Made by a program: the position numbers and the translations under genes. A stretch of DNA of 37,287 bases from Pseudobdellovibrionaceae bacterium (GTDB lineage Bacteria; Bdellovibrionota; Bdellovibrionia; Bdellovibrionales; Bdellovibrionaceae): positions 1 to 37,287 of the forward strand of contig JBDHWW010000029.1 of assembly GCA_039810425.1 (NCBI GenBank). The letters are read 5' to 3'. Position 1 is the first letter of the stretch. Each line of letters opens with the position of its first letter. Shown one piece after another: positions 35,387-37,287 of the stretch. Under the pieces are notes generated by a model. The model had not been told where the DNA came from, ran no database searches, and worked only from the letters and a program-made list of their open reading frames with translations.

Positions 35387-36715
35387 ATGGCGAAGAAAAA
35401 AGTAAGAAAACAAATCAAGAAGCAAAACAAAAAAACGAAATCCAAACCGTCAGCGAAAAAAATCAAGACGAAGATTTCCCAGAAAATTTCCATCACCACA
35501 ACAATTGAAACAAATCTTCCCAGTGTTGGTTCTTACTATATTCGCCCCAAACAAAAGGGAAAAAGTTTTAGTCTTTACTTGAAGAAATATGAAAATGGAA
35601 AGCCCGTCAATCCTCACCAAAAAATTGATGAAGCGATTTATTACCGCTTTGGTTTATCTGCGGAAATGACGGCGTTAGAAGCCAAGACGAAGTTAAAGGA
35701 TTTTAGAAAACTGAATAAAGCAACTCGTGAAGAAGTGGCTCGGCAAGACCGCACATTCAAGCGATACGCCCGAAGTAGAACCATCAATCAAACACTTTTT
35801 CCGCAAGAGATGGTCAATATCTTTGAACAAAAAATCAGGAATGAAAATATTGGAACTGATAAGCACCTCAATAAGAAACTTTATGTCTTTGCGACTATAC
35901 AAGAAATTATAAACTCTTTGAAACTGGTTCCCGAAACCTACGCCGAAAATTCTAAAATTATTTTTAAATACTTCATTGATAATCAATACTCACTCAACTA
36001 CTCGCAAAAAATGATTTCCATGATGAACGAATGGGGAAAATTTGCGACCGCCAAAGGGAGTGGATATTTTAAAATCATTCCACAGCCCAAAGGTAATTTC
36101 CGTGAGAAGATAAGCAAAGGCTCGCAAACAAAAACGGGGGTTCGCAAAGAAGCCCTCCCTATGACCCAAAATCTTTTAGACCAAATCGTTAGCATTGCCC
36201 CCAATCATGGCTTTACTGCCAATGAAATCAATTTCTTCAAAGCGACCTTTTATTTAGGTCTTCGCCCCGAAGAATTGATGAAAACCTCCAACGGAGGAAA
36301 GCACTATTCCAAATACACGGATTTGAAGTCAGGTCTTGATGTGGTGATGGTCTATCAGGAGAAACTTCAAGGCGTTCCAGAAAATAAACGAACCAAGCAC
36401 ATCCCCATAAAATGGGATGAACAAAAAAATGCCGTGAGTATTATTGAAAACAGAAATTTTCATAAGCCAAATTATAAAAAAATTAAGTCATTAGCCCAAG
36501 CCTTAAATTGTAATGCCGATGGCAAAGCGTTGGGTCTTTATAGTGGTCGTAAGGGCTTCACGAACTGGTGCTTTGATAAAGGCGAAACTGATTTTGTGGG
36601 CGTGGCGAGTTGGCTTGGACATTTAGATACGGCAACCACATACGCAATCTACTTAGACCGAAGTAAAGTTTTGATTGGCAACAGTGGAACACCACCAAAG
36701 GCTTCGGGGATTTAG
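35387..36715 (+). CDS. Tyrosine recombinase/integrase with Lys-rich N-terminal extension
   Basis: AAAGGA RBS; GLRPEEL (Arg I), KHIP, LYSGRK (box II with Tyr at the His position), WLGH, TYAIY (catalytic Tyr candidate). Confidence 0.88.
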   Translation: MAKKKVRKQIKKQNKKTKSKPSAKKIKTKISQKISITTTIETNLPSVGSYYIRPKQKGKSFSLYLKKYENGKPVNPHQKIDEAIYYRFGLSAEMTALEAKTKLKDFRKLNKATREEVARQDRTFKRYARSRTINQTLFPQEMVNIFEQKIRNENIGTDKHLNKKLYVFATIQEIINSLKLVPETYAENSKIIFKYFIDNQYSLNYSQKMISMMNEWGKFATAKGSGYFKIIPQPKGNFREKISKGSQTKTGVRKEALPMTQNLLDQIVSIAPNHGFTANEINFFKATFYLGLRPEELMKTSNGGKHYSKYTDLKSGLDVVMVYQEKLQGVPENKRTKHIPIKWDEQKNAVSIIENRNFHKPNYKKIKSLAQALNCNADGKALGLYSGRKGFTNWCFDKGETDFVGVASWLGHLDTATTYAIYLDRSKVLIGNSGTPPKASGI

Positions 36716-37170
36716 ATTTTTTTAATCATTTTGTGATGAGTTGATTTATATCCCAAATCATTGTTCAGTTTTAGCATTTTATTATTATCTACATGAACCC
36801 ATGTATAGATGTGGTCAAGTTTGAGTTCTTTTGCCCAAACTTCGCCACGACTTTTTAGTTCAGTAGCAATTCCTTGCTTACGAAACTTCGGAGATACCCA
36901 TAGCGTATAAATACATCCAGCAAATCTATCAAAATACGCACTTTTCTTGATTATGTGAAATCCAACCACTTCGCCAGCATCGCTAACAGCGACATCAAAA
37001 AAATCATCGGTAGTTAGTTTTTCCATCCTTTTCAATTCATCTTGAAATGCTTTTTCATCAGTTGAAAAGTCAGCATCGAAAAGTGCTGGTATTTCAATAT
37101 CAGTGCGAGCAATGAACTGAATTTCTTCTTTATTTGTTATATCTGCCCTTCGGTAAGTTATTTTGCTCAT
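36712..37170 (-). CDS. GNAT family N-acetyltransferase
   Basis: AAGGAAG RBS; EVVGF, IYTLWVSPKFRKQGIA (motif A), VHVDN..M..LN..LGY. Confidence 0.9.
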   Translation of the reverse strand: MSKITYRRADITNKEEIQFIARTDIEIPALFDADFSTDEKAFQDELKRMEKLTTDDFFDVAVSDAGEVVGFHIIKKSAYFDRFAGCIYTLWVSPKFRKQGIATELKSRGEVWAKELKLDHIYTWVHVDNNKMLKLNNDLGYKSTHHKMIKKI

Positions 37171-37287
37171 TCAAACTTCCTTATAAGGGTCAAAATCATC
37201 TTCAAATTTATTGCCCTCTAAGTCACTATGGTCGAAGCACGCACTAATCCATTGAACAACCAGCGGAGCTGTCCTTACTCGACGAAG

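Larger units (their letters stand above)
35269..37287. mobile_element. Left end of an integrative element/genomic island inserted at the tRNA-Met 3' end
   Basis: Integrase starts 118 nt after the tRNA CCA; abrupt shift to AT-richer sequence; second att copy not in the window. Confidence 0.75.

Overview
Mostly ordinary bacterial chromosome, probably from a Bdellovibrio-like predator (Bdellovibrionota; inferred from the protease/nuclease/lipoprotein content and promoter style, not from a search). Positions 1-35190 carry about 30 genes: a membrane-anchored subtilisin with a cytoplasmic PilZ tail, DUF502, a CinA/nucleotidyltransferase-like protein, ygiD-yceI with a divergent LysR, an orphan CpaF/TadA ATPase, a trypsin-like protease, an alpha/beta hydrolase, an M17 aminopeptidase, an EEP-family enzyme, apaG, pdxH, an FKBP, selD-selU, an OmpR-type two-component pair followed by an Asr-like small protein, a DUF1504 antiporter-like protein, a secreted HNH nuclease, PAP2, a PF10136 membrane protein, YidB and several lipoproteins. 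The most interesting block (26936-32922) looks like a lipid-trafficking locus: an outer-membrane beta-barrel, a possible BPI/TULIP-like secreted protein, and an MMPL/RND transporter fused in frame to a LolA-like domain that keeps its own RBS, ATG and signal peptide, while the RND part lacks the usual proton-relay aspartates. The window ends in the left edge of an AT-richer integrative element at tRNA-Met (tyrosine recombinase, GNAT, and a possible cassette-like hairpin cut off by the window end). Visible regulatory patterns include sigma28- and sigma54-type promoters, a recurring TCA-N3-TGA palindrome, and many apparently leaderless genes. All family calls come from motif recognition by eye; no searches were run.
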